Shown piece after piece: positions 30,671 to 41,165 of a stretch of DNA of 64,000 nucleotides. The stretch's first letter is position 1, and each line of letters opens with the position of its first letter. A program made the translations under genes and the position numbers. This DNA comes from an uncultured Ignavibacteriales bacterium (GTDB taxonomy: Bacteria; Zixibacteria; MSB-5A5; GN15; FEB-12), in NCBI GenBank assembly GCA_964503315.1, contig CAZCZL010000007.1, forward strand, positions 12,327 through 76,326, written 5' to 3'. The notes below the pieces were generated by a model that was not told the origin of the DNA, ran no database searches, and saw nothing but the letters and a program-made list of their open reading frames with translations.

Positions 30671-32602
30671 ATGAGCATGCGTACAAACAAGTGGCAATTC
30701 AAGAATGGGCTCGTCATTGCCCTTTTCGTCGCGATGGTCGTCCCGGCATTTGTCTGGGCACAACCGGCTCCGCCGCCGACCCCCTCTTTCGAGGATCGCG
30801 CGCGCAAAAAATCGACCCTCGACCGCGAATCAAAAGAGGTCGCCGATGAATACGCCGATATTCTCGTCGAACTCCAATCCCTGGTCGCGGATTACCACGA
30901 GTATCTCACGGAATCCGAATCCCCGACCATCATCAAATATCTGAACAAGCTCGATAAGATCGGCTACAATCTCGACCACAGGGTGTATGTCAAAGATCGC
31001 AACAAGCTGGTTGAGGATCTCACCATGCATGTCACAGAGCTAGATAAGATCGAGACCTATATTGAGGACTCCGAAGAGATCTTCCCGATCCGCATTCTGA
31101 AGGTCGTCGGCTCATTGCGTCGAGACCTGGAAAATCTCAACGACCTGTTGCAGGATGACCTGGTCGACCGCTTGGATAATGTCCGCGCCAGCCAGGATGC
31201 CCTCTCTGAGGCGATCGAAGAACTGCTGGCCGAGATTAAGATCGAGCATGGGTATAACTACACCTACGTTACCATTCCGAAGATCGATGAGAAAAAGATT
31301 GAAGCCCTGCAGAAGGAGGCCGAGTTGATGGCCAAGCAGGCGCAAAAAGAGGCTGAGAAGGCTGAGAAAATCAAGAAGTCCGTGAAGGTCCGTACTCCTT
31401 CCGCTTCCGCTCCGGTCGTGATCGATCTGGATGATCTTCCTAATGCATTCTCTTTTGGCGGATCTGGGACTTCCAAGGAGATCAAAGATACTCTGTCCGT
31501 CACCAACCCGAAACTCCCGATCCGCATCCAGAGTCAGTTGGGCGAAGTGACCATCACCGGCTCCGCCTCCAAGCAGATCATCGCGCGTCTTTCCGCCGAG
31601 ATCTCCGCCGATTCCCGTACACAGGAGAAGAGACTACTCTCCGAGATAGATCTGAAACTCGAAACCACCCCCGCGGGCTACCAGATCATTGCCACCGCGC
31701 CGACGCAGAATCGCAGTGGTGAGAGTTGCCGCATTATCAGCAACAGCCTGGAGATCCTGCTCCCGTCGTCGAACCCGGTCGAAGTTACCTGCGCGTTTGG
31801 CTCTGTCAGCGCCCGTGATCTCAACGGCGGCATTCAGTCATCGTCCGAGTATTCGCAAGTGGAGATGGAGGATATCAAGGGAGGCGTCCAGGTCACCAGC
31901 AACATGGGCGGTATCGGATTGATAAGCTGCAGCGGCCCGTTCCGCGTCAGCAACGCGTACGCCCCGATCTCAATCGAGGCATGTTCCGGCCAATTCGACA
32001 TTCAGAACTCGTATAGCGAGATAGAACTCGAAGATTGCACCGGGAACGCCACTATTCGGAACTCGGGCAATATCTCGGTTTCCGAACATACCGGCGATAT
32101 GCGTATCACCAACAGCTTCGGCCCGATCGAGATCGATGGTCTCTCCGGAAACCTCACCGCCATCAATCAGTTCTCGCCGCTTTCCGTGCAGAATATCAAG
32201 GGGACCGTGACGGTTGAGAACGCCAATGCCAATATCGACCTGACCAACATCTCGGGAAAACTTTCCGCCACCAACAAATTCGGCCAGATATCCGCTGAAC
32301 AGCTTGCCGGTCAGTTCAACCTGGCCAGCCAGAACGGCAATATCTTTGTCGTGCTCAGCGATTCTCCCGGAGGGAATTCCTGGGTCTCCACGACTTTCGG
32401 TAATGTCGATGTCACCATTCCGGAGGCGTCCAATTTCATGGTGAAGGCGAAAACGACCTTTGGGGATATTCACAGCGATTTTCCGCTCAAGCTGGATGAC
32501 ATGGGAACCGCCAAATCGGCCTGGTTCAAGCTTGGAAAAGCGAGCGACTCTCTCAGTATCAACGGCCAGAACACTGTCATCACTATCAGTGGCTCGAAAT
32601 AA
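30671..32602 (+). CDS. DUF4097 beta-strand repeat protein with N-terminal coiled coil
   Basis: Signal/TM anchor; helical N-half; repeated 'T.FG.+' strands. Confidence 0.8.
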   Translation: MSMRTNKWQFKNGLVIALFVAMVVPAFVWAQPAPPPTPSFEDRARKKSTLDRESKEVADEYADILVELQSLVADYHEYLTESESPTIIKYLNKLDKIGYNLDHRVYVKDRNKLVEDLTMHVTELDKIETYIEDSEEIFPIRILKVVGSLRRDLENLNDLLQDDLVDRLDNVRASQDALSEAIEELLAEIKIEHGYNYTYVTIPKIDEKKIEALQKEAELMAKQAQKEAEKAEKIKKSVKVRTPSASAPVVIDLDDLPNAFSFGGSGTSKEIKDTLSVTNPKLPIRIQSQLGEVTITGSASKQIIARLSAEISADSRTQEKRLLSEIDLKLETTPAGYQIIATAPTQNRSGESCRIISNSLEILLPSSNPVEVTCAFGSVSARDLNGGIQSSSEYSQVEMEDIKGGVQVTSNMGGIGLISCSGPFRVSNAYAPISIEACSGQFDIQNSYSEIELEDCTGNATIRNSGNISVSEHTGDMRITNSFGPIEIDGLSGNLTAINQFSPLSVQNIKGTVTVENANANIDLTNISGKLSATNKFGQISAEQLAGQFNLASQNGNIFVVLSDSPGGNSWVSTTFGNVDVTIPEASNFMVKAKTTFGDIHSDFPLKLDDMGTAKSAWFKLGKASDSLSINGQNTVITISGSK

Positions 32603-32632
32603 TCGTACTGATCGATACATATACACAAAAAG

Positions 32633-32660
32633 AAACAGCCGGTCATCTGACCGGCTGTTT
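32633..32660. terminator. bidirectional terminator
   Basis: AAACAGCCGGTCA-TC-TGACCGGCTGTTT. Confidence 0.85.
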
Positions 32661-32684
32661 TGATTTTGGAGGAGACAGATTGTC

Positions 32685-34010
32685 TTAAGCGACCGGCTCT
32701 TTCGAGATCGTCTGGTCGATATTCTCAAGCTGCTTCTTCAATTTCGCTTCGATATCGAGAATGTAGGTCTCCGCGTGGTAGACCGTCGTATCGAAACTGG
32801 CGAGGTTCTTCAACTCTTCCATCACCGAACTGATCGTATTCACGCCATTGGTGATGATCGTCATTGCGCTGCGCAACTGTCCGGTCTGATCCTGGATCGT
32901 CCCTTTGGAGATACCGTACTCAATCAACTGGGCACGGCCCAGAATGGTCGCGGTCGCGTTATTCATGTAATGATTGAAGGTCGCGGTGATCGTCTTGAGC
33001 GATTCGAGCGCCAGTTTCTTCATCTGGTCGCGTGCTATCTGCTGCTGCATCTGGCGGTTCTCGCGAAGCAGATTCTCCGTCGTGATATACTGCTCGAACA
33101 GCATCCTGTTCGCTTCCACCAGTAGCTCTTCCGTCGAGCCGATCTCGATCTCCATGAACTTGGCTTCGGCGATCGTTCGTGTCGGCAACTGTTCTTCTAT
33201 GCGGTTCAGCGCTTCCGGTGTAAACCCGAGCGAGATGCGTATGGTATCTTTGTTCTCGTGCGCGAAACTGAGGTCTTTCTGCTTCCCTTCGGCAATGGAG
33301 AACCGGGAGATATGATTCGCCAGATTGACCGCCTGGCTCAGCCCGATCTCACTGCGCGTCGCCGAATCGGGCGGGAAGACCATATGGTGCATCCCGACCG
33401 CCTCGCAGATCCTCTCCGGAATATGCCACTGCTCCAGCAGGAATTTCCCGACACGCGCGTGGTTGGTTCCCCAGAGATTCTCTTCCAACTCGACCAGATT
33501 CTCTCCCTGCTGGACCTGCTGCCATATCTGGCGGTAACGGTCGGGGAAGGAGTTTTCCAGAACAAGTATTCCGATATCATGCAGGAGTCCGGCGACAAAC
33601 GCTTCTTCTGATGGCTTTTTGCCCAGCGCTTCGTAGATCATCCGCGAACCGATCGCCACTTCCAGCGAATGCCGCCAGAACCGCGTCCTGTTTATCTGCG
33701 TTTTCCAGTCGCCGACCAGCTTGTAGACCGAGGATGACAGCGCCAGCGCCGTGATGGTCCGCATTCCCAGCGTCACTACCGCTTGCGTGACCGTGGATAT
33801 GCTTCGTCCGGCGCCGTAATAGGGGGAATTGGCGATCCGCAACACCTTCGCGGTCATCGCGGGATCATGCATCAGAACTTTGGCAAGTTCTGCCGACGAT
33901 GAGTCCTCTTCGCGAGTAACGCGAAGTACCTCCGCCAGGGTCTGGGGGAGGGAGGTCAGCTCCTTGTGGTCGCTGAGGATCTTGGCAAATATCTCTGTTT
34001 GCATCGCCAT
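32685..34010 (-). CDS. HDOD domain protein with C-terminal HisKA-like helix
   Basis: 'DPAMTAKVLRIANSPYY', 'FWRHSL', 'AGLLHDIG'; C-terminal 'FNHYMNNATATILG'. Confidence 0.88.
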   Translation of the reverse strand: MAMQTEIFAKILSDHKELTSLPQTLAEVLRVTREEDSSSAELAKVLMHDPAMTAKVLRIANSPYYGAGRSISTVTQAVVTLGMRTITALALSSSVYKLVGDWKTQINRTRFWRHSLEVAIGSRMIYEALGKKPSEEAFVAGLLHDIGILVLENSFPDRYRQIWQQVQQGENLVELEENLWGTNHARVGKFLLEQWHIPERICEAVGMHHMVFPPDSATRSEIGLSQAVNLANHISRFSIAEGKQKDLSFAHENKDTIRISLGFTPEALNRIEEQLPTRTIAEAKFMEIEIGSTEELLVEANRMLFEQYITTENLLRENRQMQQQIARDQMKKLALESLKTITATFNHYMNNATATILGRAQLIEYGISKGTIQDQTGQLRSAMTIITNGVNTISSVMEELKNLASFDTTVYHAETYILDIEAKLKKQLENIDQTISKEPVA

Positions 34011-34132
34011 ACGCCGGTATTGGGTATATCGGCGGATTGGCTAACTAATTGAGTCCATGTTCCCGAAGGGCAGGCAGATACGGGGGGATTGTTCAGACAG
34101 GGGAGGGGCACGCCGCCCCTCCCCGAAATCGG

Positions 34133-35305
34133 CTAATAGCAGACCGGCAGCGACTGGGTCACCCCCAGCAAATACGCGATGATCATTGATAGGTCAGTCA
34201 GATCAAGAACCCCGTTGCAGTTGACATCTCCCGGTGGGTAGCTGATCGGTGGCCCGACCACAAAACCGACAGGCAGGTCTGCCTGCGGCAGCGCCACCTC
34301 TAACTGCGAGGTCGCGTTCTGAATCTGGATCGAGCTGAAGTAGTTCCCTTCCGGCAACATCGTGCCGTCAGCGGTCACTTGGAACGTCACCGGGGTGGTG
34401 AGACTGCCGGCCGGAAGGCCGAGCATCTTAACCCACGAGTCAGCGGCGCTTAGGTCAAAAGTGATGGCTGTGCCACTCGAAGTGAACGATACGTCGAAGG
34501 TATCCCGCGCCATCTTCCCGGCCGCGCCGTCAAAGGTCAGACTGCTGACCGACATCTTGAGCGTATCCGGCGGGAACTGGTGTTCGTAAAAAACGATCGT
34601 TGGCACCACCAGATCGCCGCCGCGAGAGATGCAAATACGACGGAACTGATCGATCTGATTCTCGACCAGAATGAGATCGGCTCCGGTCGAACCGGGAGTC
34701 AGTCGGCCAAACTTTAACCAATGGAGGTCCTGCTGTCCCGCCAGAACATCCTCTGTCCGATACTTGGCAAATCCATAACTGGGCTTGGTCCTGTCCAAGT
34801 TCCAATAATTCCCCGCCGCAAATCCCTCATTCTCGAAATAATCACCGCTTGAAACGTATTGAAAGCCCCCGTTGCTTCCGGGCATCATCTGTAGAAACAC
34901 ACAGACACCTGCGGCACCCGGTTGCAGTGAACCCCTGATCGTCAGGACAACTTCATTGATGCCGTCCGGCACCGAGGTTAGCCGCGGAATAAAAAGCGTG
35001 TCGTTGGGCGACGGAGCAAAACTGTACGTCTGCGATGGCGAACAGTCGTAGACACCGTTTGGGTAGGTAATGAACAGGTTCTCTACTATCCTGACAATGT
35101 CGCCATGGGCGACCCCTGTCCGGTCATCCATGTCCATCCGTGGCGTCCATGGTGAGGCATTGAAGTAGAAATGGCTGAAAAGATAGGCAATGTCCGCGAT
35201 ATCGATCTGTCCACTGCCATTGACATCTCCGCATTGCTGCGCCCGTGCAGGCAACGCGATGCAAAGAAGCACTGCTACAACCTGAAGCAATCTGTGGATT
35301 CTCAT
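34133..35305 (-). CDS. secreted protein with N- and C-terminal dockerin-like domains and a BACON-like domain
   Basis: 'CGDVNGSGQIDIADIAYL' and 'GDVNCNGVLDLTDLSMIIAYL'; 'SLTF...SW+' BACON-like segment. Confidence 0.8.
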   Translation of the reverse strand: MRIHRLLQVVAVLLCIALPARAQQCGDVNGSGQIDIADIAYLFSHFYFNASPWTPRMDMDDRTGVAHGDIVRIVENLFITYPNGVYDCSPSQTYSFAPSPNDTLFIPRLTSVPDGINEVVLTIRGSLQPGAAGVCVFLQMMPGSNGGFQYVSSGDYFENEGFAAGNYWNLDRTKPSYGFAKYRTEDVLAGQQDLHWLKFGRLTPGSTGADLILVENQIDQFRRICISRGGDLVVPTIVFYEHQFPPDTLKMSVSSLTFDGAAGKMARDTFDVSFTSSGTAITFDLSAADSWVKMLGLPAGSLTTPVTFQVTADGTMLPEGNYFSSIQIQNATSQLEVALPQADLPVGFVVGPPISYPPGDVNCNGVLDLTDLSMIIAYLLGVTQSLPVCY

Positions 35306-35491
35306 TATCCACCCCTTTCCGTTTCTGTTTCGCGACCAAACAGCCAGACCACCACGAGTTCATCGTTCCCCGAGGTGTCATCTACTTCTATTTAGAATCT
35401 GAGAATATTGTCGGAAAAGACGCTTGATTACGAGCTTAACATAGAACGTTGAATCCATTATGTCAAGCGAAAAGGAAGGGGAAGTTGGCAC

Positions 35492-36733
35492 TCAGCGGGC
35501 TAAGTTGTCGAATAGTCGCTCCAGGCGGATGCGGAGCCGTTCCTTTTCCGACTCTCCGTAGGGACAACGCTGCTGCGCGAGCTTGGTGAATTCTATCGCT
35601 TTACTGAAGTTCTTCTCTTTATGCTCGTAGTACACCGCCAGTTCGACTGATGCCCGGTACCCCTCCCGACTGTCAGATCCTGACAGTGAGCGCCAAATGG
35701 CGACCGCCTCTCCCCAGTCACCTGTACGCTTCAACGCGGCCGCATGGAACATCTGCATCTCCGGCGACACTTCGCCGGTCGACTCATCCGCGATCCGCTT
35801 GCAGAGATTGAGCACCTGTGGATTCTTGTTTCTCCGACGGTAAACGCGCGAGAGAGAATAAAGATCATCCGTCTGGTCTAGCACCGCCCCCTCGGTAGCA
35901 AACGCGTTCGCCACATGACTCAGCAGAAAATGGAGACTGATAATATCATTCCGGTTATGTGTCAGCACTCCCGCCATGGTATCCAGCTTCTCGCTCGACA
36001 GCCACTCGAAATAAACCGATGGTACCAGATACCCGGGGATATCATCCTCGCGATGAAACTCAAACAGCCGACGCTCTACATGCGTGAGATTGCATTCTTT
36101 CAATCGACGTTTGAACAATCTCCGCGCCGAATGCAGCAGGTCGATATGCTCGCGATAGATCATCTCCCGCCCGACCCGGTTGACTATCAATCTATCTCTT
36201 ACGACCGGGATATCAAATGCCGCGCCATTGTAGGTAACGACAGACTTCTCCGGCCCGAACTCGGTCTGCAAGACCTCGAGCATCGCCGCTTCATCGGAAT
36301 AATCCGGTATGAGATACTGTCTGACCTCAAATCCACCCTCCACCACCGAACCGCACCCAATGAGAAACGGCACGATCCCCACACCGCCTAAGCCGGTCGT
36401 TTCGGTGTCGAAATAGACGATTTGACGGATATCGATATCGCCATCCCGCTCCAGAGCGGTGAATGACGAATGCGGATGTATCGTCGCGTTCAGCGTCTCG
36501 TCCAACTTCACCTGACCGTGACGATACTCTGTCGGGAAAAATCGTTTGACCAGGACAAATCGTCCCGCGGGATGCTCCACCAACTCGCCCCCAAGTTCGC
36601 GCGCCATCCGTGAATAGCGCTCCGGTATCTCTCGCGCCGAACTCTCCTTCGCCTTATTTGATGACGAGGGAGAGGTCGCGACCAGCCGCGCCATGCCGCT
36701 CAGCTTCTCATTGAGACTTCGCGGCTTGTCCAT
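35492..36733 (-). CDS. YprB/MrfB-like RNase H-superfamily (DEDD) exonuclease with C-terminal TPR
   Basis: 'YFDTETTGL', 'TYNGAAFD', 'HIDLLH', 'HNRNDIISL'; TPR tail. Confidence 0.88.
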   Translation of the reverse strand: MDKPRSLNEKLSGMARLVATSPSSSNKAKESSAREIPERYSRMARELGGELVEHPAGRFVLVKRFFPTEYRHGQVKLDETLNATIHPHSSFTALERDGDIDIRQIVYFDTETTGLGGVGIVPFLIGCGSVVEGGFEVRQYLIPDYSDEAAMLEVLQTEFGPEKSVVTYNGAAFDIPVVRDRLIVNRVGREMIYREHIDLLHSARRLFKRRLKECNLTHVERRLFEFHREDDIPGYLVPSVYFEWLSSEKLDTMAGVLTHNRNDIISLHFLLSHVANAFATEGAVLDQTDDLYSLSRVYRRRNKNPQVLNLCKRIADESTGEVSPEMQMFHAAALKRTGDWGEAVAIWRSLSGSDSREGYRASVELAVYYEHKEKNFSKAIEFTKLAQQRCPYGESEKERLRIRLERLFDNLAR

Positions 36734-37655
36734 TGGTCACGGCTTCAATAGCGGATTGTACTTTGAGGCGGGTAAAACGGTCCGGTTCGGACGCGAGGAA
36801 GGGCGCGCGAAAATCACACACATCAGTCGGGTCAGCCGTCACCAGCGCGACCGCGGCGTGCGCCCGACGGTTCGCGTCTTCGGATTTCGCCTGCGCCATA
36901 AGCGTATGTAGAGCTGTATCGGTTTTCATCAGTCCAAGCACCTGGCATCCCAGATGTCCTACCTGCCGATTCGACGATTCCAGCGAATCGATTATCGTCT
37001 GCAACACCGTCGCGGTATCCAGCATCCCCAGCGATGACGCCGCGGTCATTCGTACGCCGTAGAACGAATCTCCCAGCAAATGCACCAGCTTCGGCACCGA
37101 TCCCTGTACTTTCAGTTGCCCGGCCGCGACCGTCGCCGCTTTGCGTACCAGCATGATACTATCTTCCAGCGCCGTTATCACCGCGTCTGCCGCGCGACTG
37201 TCACCAATTCTCCCCAGCGACCCGATGGACTGCTCGCGCACCTGCCACCGCGGATGATTCGCCACACCGAGCAATCCTATCACCGCCGCGGTATCTTTGA
37301 TATCTCCGAGCGCCCAGGCCACTCGCTCGACCACCAGCCCTTTGGTGAATCCTAATGCTTTCAACAGATACGGCACCGCCGGTGATCCGATCTTCTTCAG
37401 GATATTGATGATCGCCAGACGTTCACGCGGCGACTTTGTCTCCAGCTTATCAACCAGTATCGGGACAGCGTCGGCTCCCATCGCGGCGATAGAATCCTCC
37501 GCCGGCTTCACCATCGGCTGAAATTTCACTTCCCCCGATGACGCGATCACAAACAGCGAATCGATCTTCTTCTGCAACAGATTCTGGGCATCCGCCGTGT
37601 TCCCTATGAAGACAAACAGCAGGATGAGGGAGAGTATCGCTATCACATTCTTCAT
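36708..37655 (-). CDS. secreted HEAT-repeat protein
   Basis: Signal peptide; repeats 'VR..AA.ALG.+'. Confidence 0.85.
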   Translation of the reverse strand: MKNVIAILSLILLFVFIGNTADAQNLLQKKIDSLFVIASSGEVKFQPMVKPAEDSIAAMGADAVPILVDKLETKSPRERLAIINILKKIGSPAVPYLLKALGFTKGLVVERVAWALGDIKDTAAVIGLLGVANHPRWQVREQSIGSLGRIGDSRAADAVITALEDSIMLVRKAATVAAGQLKVQGSVPKLVHLLGDSFYGVRMTAASSLGMLDTATVLQTIIDSLESSNRQVGHLGCQVLGLMKTDTALHTLMAQAKSEDANRRAHAAVALVTADPTDVCDFRAPFLASEPDRFTRLKVQSAIEAVTNGQAAKSQ

Positions 37656-39604
37656 GGCTTCACCCCGGTGCTGTCTTTGGCGAAGAACTCAATATCCATC
37701 CCGCCTCCCCAGCGCGAGTCGGTTTTCCAGTACGAGTTCTCCTTGCCGTTGCCGGTATACTGATCCGCGCCCGCCAGATCCAGCAACAAACCTATCGACC
37801 CAAAATCCCGGCGCGTATCGCCGAACCCGTGCGTGTTTTTCGGATTCTTGATGAAATACCGGTCATCCCCTTCGTTATCCAAAAGCAGTCCCGCACCGTT
37901 GGCTGAGCCGGCTCCCTGCGAAAGGTCATATGCCGTGTAGGTGTCGTTCCCGTGACGGTCCAGCAGGATGCCGCACGAATAATCATGCCCGCACCCGTGC
38001 ATCAATCCCTTGCCGAAATAGACATCATGCCCGTAATCATCTACCAGAATGCCGAGCGTCATATGAGTCGCCGCCCCCTGCGCGTACTGATATGACTGGT
38101 AATTGTCATTCCCCGCCGAATCATACAACATCCCCAATGACCACCAGTAACTGGTCCCCTGGGCAAATATATCCGAGAAGTAGTTATCATTCCCTTTCAG
38201 GTCGATAAGGAAACCCAAGCCGCCCGAGGTCCAAGGACGCAATCCGTACCCGAACCCCTGTGACATCGAGAGGTAATGGTCATCATACCGAAGGACATCT
38301 TTGTATTTCCCACCGGCGTAATAGGAATCAGAGCCATCGAAATCGTACACGATCCCTGCCCCCTTGATAAATCCAAACCCCTGCGCATGCAGCGCGCCAT
38401 TATAAATATCCCGTCCGGACTCATCGATCACGATCCCCATCCCGTATGTCCCCGCTCCCTGTACATGCGTGTCGCCATCATACCAGTCGTTCCCGGCGCC
38501 ATCCCACAGCAACCCCATGCCGAAAAATCCCGAGCCTACACCGAACGATTTGCCGGAATATCGATCATTCCCTTCGAAATCCAGTAGAAGCCCGACCGAC
38601 AGGCACCCCGACGCTATCGTAAAATCCGATTTTGCGTTGTACTGGTCATCTCCGGCGAGATCGATAATGATCACCGGATGCGGATTCGCCGGGTCATAAG
38701 TCAGGTCATAGATATCATCGCCGCCAATATCGAGAATGAATTTGAAATCTCCGCTATAGATATCCCGTCCCGGTCCGCCGACTCGCCACCCCTGCTGTTT
38801 CCCCAGATATTTCTCGGTATTCGTTTTGTCCGGAATATAACCGACCGAATTGAGCAGTTTGTCGCGCGGTATCCCGCCTGAATCGGCGATCGTTTTGAGC
38901 GTCATCAGCTCCGGCATTATCTCTCGCAAGTAGCTGATTCCCGCCGCCAGTATCGGGTCACTGTTGATCTGCGCGCCGAAGGTCACAAACGTATCCGTTA
39001 TCTTCTCTTCTGCTTTCTCCAGCGAGTCCAATCCTTCCACCCCGAGGAGCTCTTCCTCGACGCGCGTCACCAGCAGTTCCTTGAACTCATTTCTCAGGAA
39101 TGCCTTCTGTTTGGCGGTCAATCCGGCCAGCACCGATTCGGTCGAGCGCGGGAAAACCACATGGATATAATTCCCCGACCGCGACAGCACCTGGTTCATC
39201 GCGAAATTGCTGTAGTAGAGATCATACTGCGCCTTCAGATCATCCGCGGTCGGCGGATACGCCCGCCCGCGCTTGGTCTGGTATTCCCCCTGGAGATCCT
39301 GAAAGAGTATCCCCGCTAGGATCTCCGGCTGTCCTTTCACGCACGCCTGCCGGATCTCCTTCGAGTAGGGGATCATCTCAAGGGGCGACCGCATCAGGTC
39401 GGCGACTATCTTGAGTCGGAATGAATCCGGCTCCGTGTAATCCGACCGATAGGTGATATCCCCCGGCGACAGATTGAGATATTCCATCAGATGGACCAGC
39501 CCCGCCATTTCGGGGGAGAGGTTATCCGATGGTTGCGTCGAATCCTGGGCAGAGACTGCCGAACTCAACAGCGCGATCAGTATGGTAATGAGTATTGTTT
39601 TCAT
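37652..39604 (-). CDS. secreted protein with tandem 'G+L+D..G.D.Y' repeats
   Basis: Signal peptide MKTILITILIALLSSAVSA; about ten repeats ending in SQG.G/QG.G. Confidence 0.8.
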   Translation of the reverse strand: MKTILITILIALLSSAVSAQDSTQPSDNLSPEMAGLVHLMEYLNLSPGDITYRSDYTEPDSFRLKIVADLMRSPLEMIPYSKEIRQACVKGQPEILAGILFQDLQGEYQTKRGRAYPPTADDLKAQYDLYYSNFAMNQVLSRSGNYIHVVFPRSTESVLAGLTAKQKAFLRNEFKELLVTRVEEELLGVEGLDSLEKAEEKITDTFVTFGAQINSDPILAAGISYLREIMPELMTLKTIADSGGIPRDKLLNSVGYIPDKTNTEKYLGKQQGWRVGGPGRDIYSGDFKFILDIGGDDIYDLTYDPANPHPVIIIDLAGDDQYNAKSDFTIASGCLSVGLLLDFEGNDRYSGKSFGVGSGFFGMGLLWDGAGNDWYDGDTHVQGAGTYGMGIVIDESGRDIYNGALHAQGFGFIKGAGIVYDFDGSDSYYAGGKYKDVLRYDDHYLSMSQGFGYGLRPWTSGGLGFLIDLKGNDNYFSDIFAQGTSYWWSLGMLYDSAGNDNYQSYQYAQGAATHMTLGILVDDYGHDVYFGKGLMHGCGHDYSCGILLDRHGNDTYTAYDLSQGAGSANGAGLLLDNEGDDRYFIKNPKNTHGFGDTRRDFGSIGLLLDLAGADQYTGNGKENSYWKTDSRWGGGMDIEFFAKDSTGVKP

Positions 39605-39976
39605 GGATAGCTCAAATCTGACAGATTCAGCCCCAAAGGGCAACTACAACATCGTAGTAGATGCATCGGCCTTTCCAGACGAGAATCTGAGCATTGCTTG
39701 TAGGTCAGGAACCTTGCCCGAAGGGCGGCGGAGCCGGTTCCTGACATTACCCTTGTCGCGGAACAAGTTACCGTGAATCGTCAATAGGCAGACCATTTCC
39801 CGAATTGTTTCAAGCAGGTGCCCCCAACTGTTCCGTCAACTCCTAGCCCTCGCCAAACATCTCAAGGCTAAACTCTCATCTCAATCGCGCGAGGGCGAGA
39901 CCTGAAGGCTCAAAAGACAAACGGCTCTTGACAAAACCGCCTCACCATTCGTTCTATTCTGAAAATGGGAGGATAT

Positions 39977-41011
39977 ATGCCGCGCTCCATTTTCATCATT
40001 GTTGCACTACTGGCCAGCTTGGCGTTGACCTGCGATAGCCCGAACGAATCAAAGAATAGCCCCCCTCAAGATTACATCGTTTATGCCCTGATCCAGGGAA
40101 GTGATTACAATTGCTTCCGGTATCACACGCTGACCAAAGAGATTGACTCGGTCACCCTCGAGCTTCCTCAAACGGAGATTGGATTTGGCCTAATGGCCGT
40201 TTCTCCCGATGGAACTAAGCTATACGTCGCGGCAGGATGGTTGGTGGTTGTGAACGCCTCAACCCTTGGGGTCGAAAAGCAGTTTGATTGGCAGAACGTC
40301 TCCAACGTGGTTGTCTCACCCGATGGCCGGCATATTGCCGTGCTCCGCGATTCACTCCATCTCATTCGAACAGATGACTACTCTCAGGTGGCAGTTTACC
40401 CAATAGAGCCAATTGTTGCTGAATTCAGTGGTGACGGTCAGATGCTGTACTTCCAGAAATGGGGTGATACGCTATTCTATGTTTCATTGTCTTCACCCAA
40501 TGAAATAGGCAGGAAACGCATGCCGGGTCAGATAACTTGGTATTGGGGGCTCGCCGTCAATTATGACGGGTCGCAAGCCTTCGCATTCTATCGACGGTTT
40601 TCGATGTATGACCGGAACCTTGATTCCGTGGTCTTTCAGGAGTGGATTCCGGACGGAACAGGCGAAGTTGAGATCTCTAAAGACGGTCGAAAAGTGTACG
40701 TATCATCGCCGGGAGAACAAGAATGGGGGCCGGCCAACTATTCATGGAAAGTATTCGATGTGTCACATCGGGCTTTCACAGACTCCATTACCTTTCCTTC
40801 AGAATGTCACGCGTATGGCTGGGAACCCATCGGCGAGTTTGAGATTACTCCCGATGGTCGACTAATAATCGGCATTGACGCCAACAAAGACCTTGGTACA
40901 AGAGGCGATGATCTCTCGGTCTACGATCTCAAAACCGGTAGAGTCGACTTCGTCCGATGTTTCCGTCAAACTCGGTTTGGACTCTCTTGCCAATCGCGGA
41001 TGATTGAATAG
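39977..41011 (+). CDS. YncE-like beta-propeller lipoprotein
   Basis: GGGAGG RBS; lipobox-like 'SLALTC'; 'SPDG' blade repeats. Confidence 0.75.
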   Translation: MPRSIFIIVALLASLALTCDSPNESKNSPPQDYIVYALIQGSDYNCFRYHTLTKEIDSVTLELPQTEIGFGLMAVSPDGTKLYVAAGWLVVVNASTLGVEKQFDWQNVSNVVVSPDGRHIAVLRDSLHLIRTDDYSQVAVYPIEPIVAEFSGDGQMLYFQKWGDTLFYVSLSSPNEIGRKRMPGQITWYWGLAVNYDGSQAFAFYRRFSMYDRNLDSVVFQEWIPDGTGEVEISKDGRKVYVSSPGEQEWGPANYSWKVFDVSHRAFTDSITFPSECHAYGWEPIGEFEITPDGRLIIGIDANKDLGTRGDDLSVYDLKTGRVDFVRCFRQTRFGLSCQSRMIE

Positions 41012-41165
41012 AGACTTCGGTTCGTTGTCGCCACACATCCCTTTGCCCGGCAGACGTCCCCGTCTCCCCTAACCCCCTCCACAAAAATCCTCTGGTCAAT
41101 CCCGACCTTTCTTACTACCTTTCCCCGTACCCCCGCCGGGACACAAGTCGGGGAATACCAAAGAG

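Noticed and set aside
39928-39960. TTGACA upstream of the YncE-like gene as a sigma70 promoter
   Set aside because: The best -10 candidate (TATTCT) is 21 bp away, outside normal spacing.
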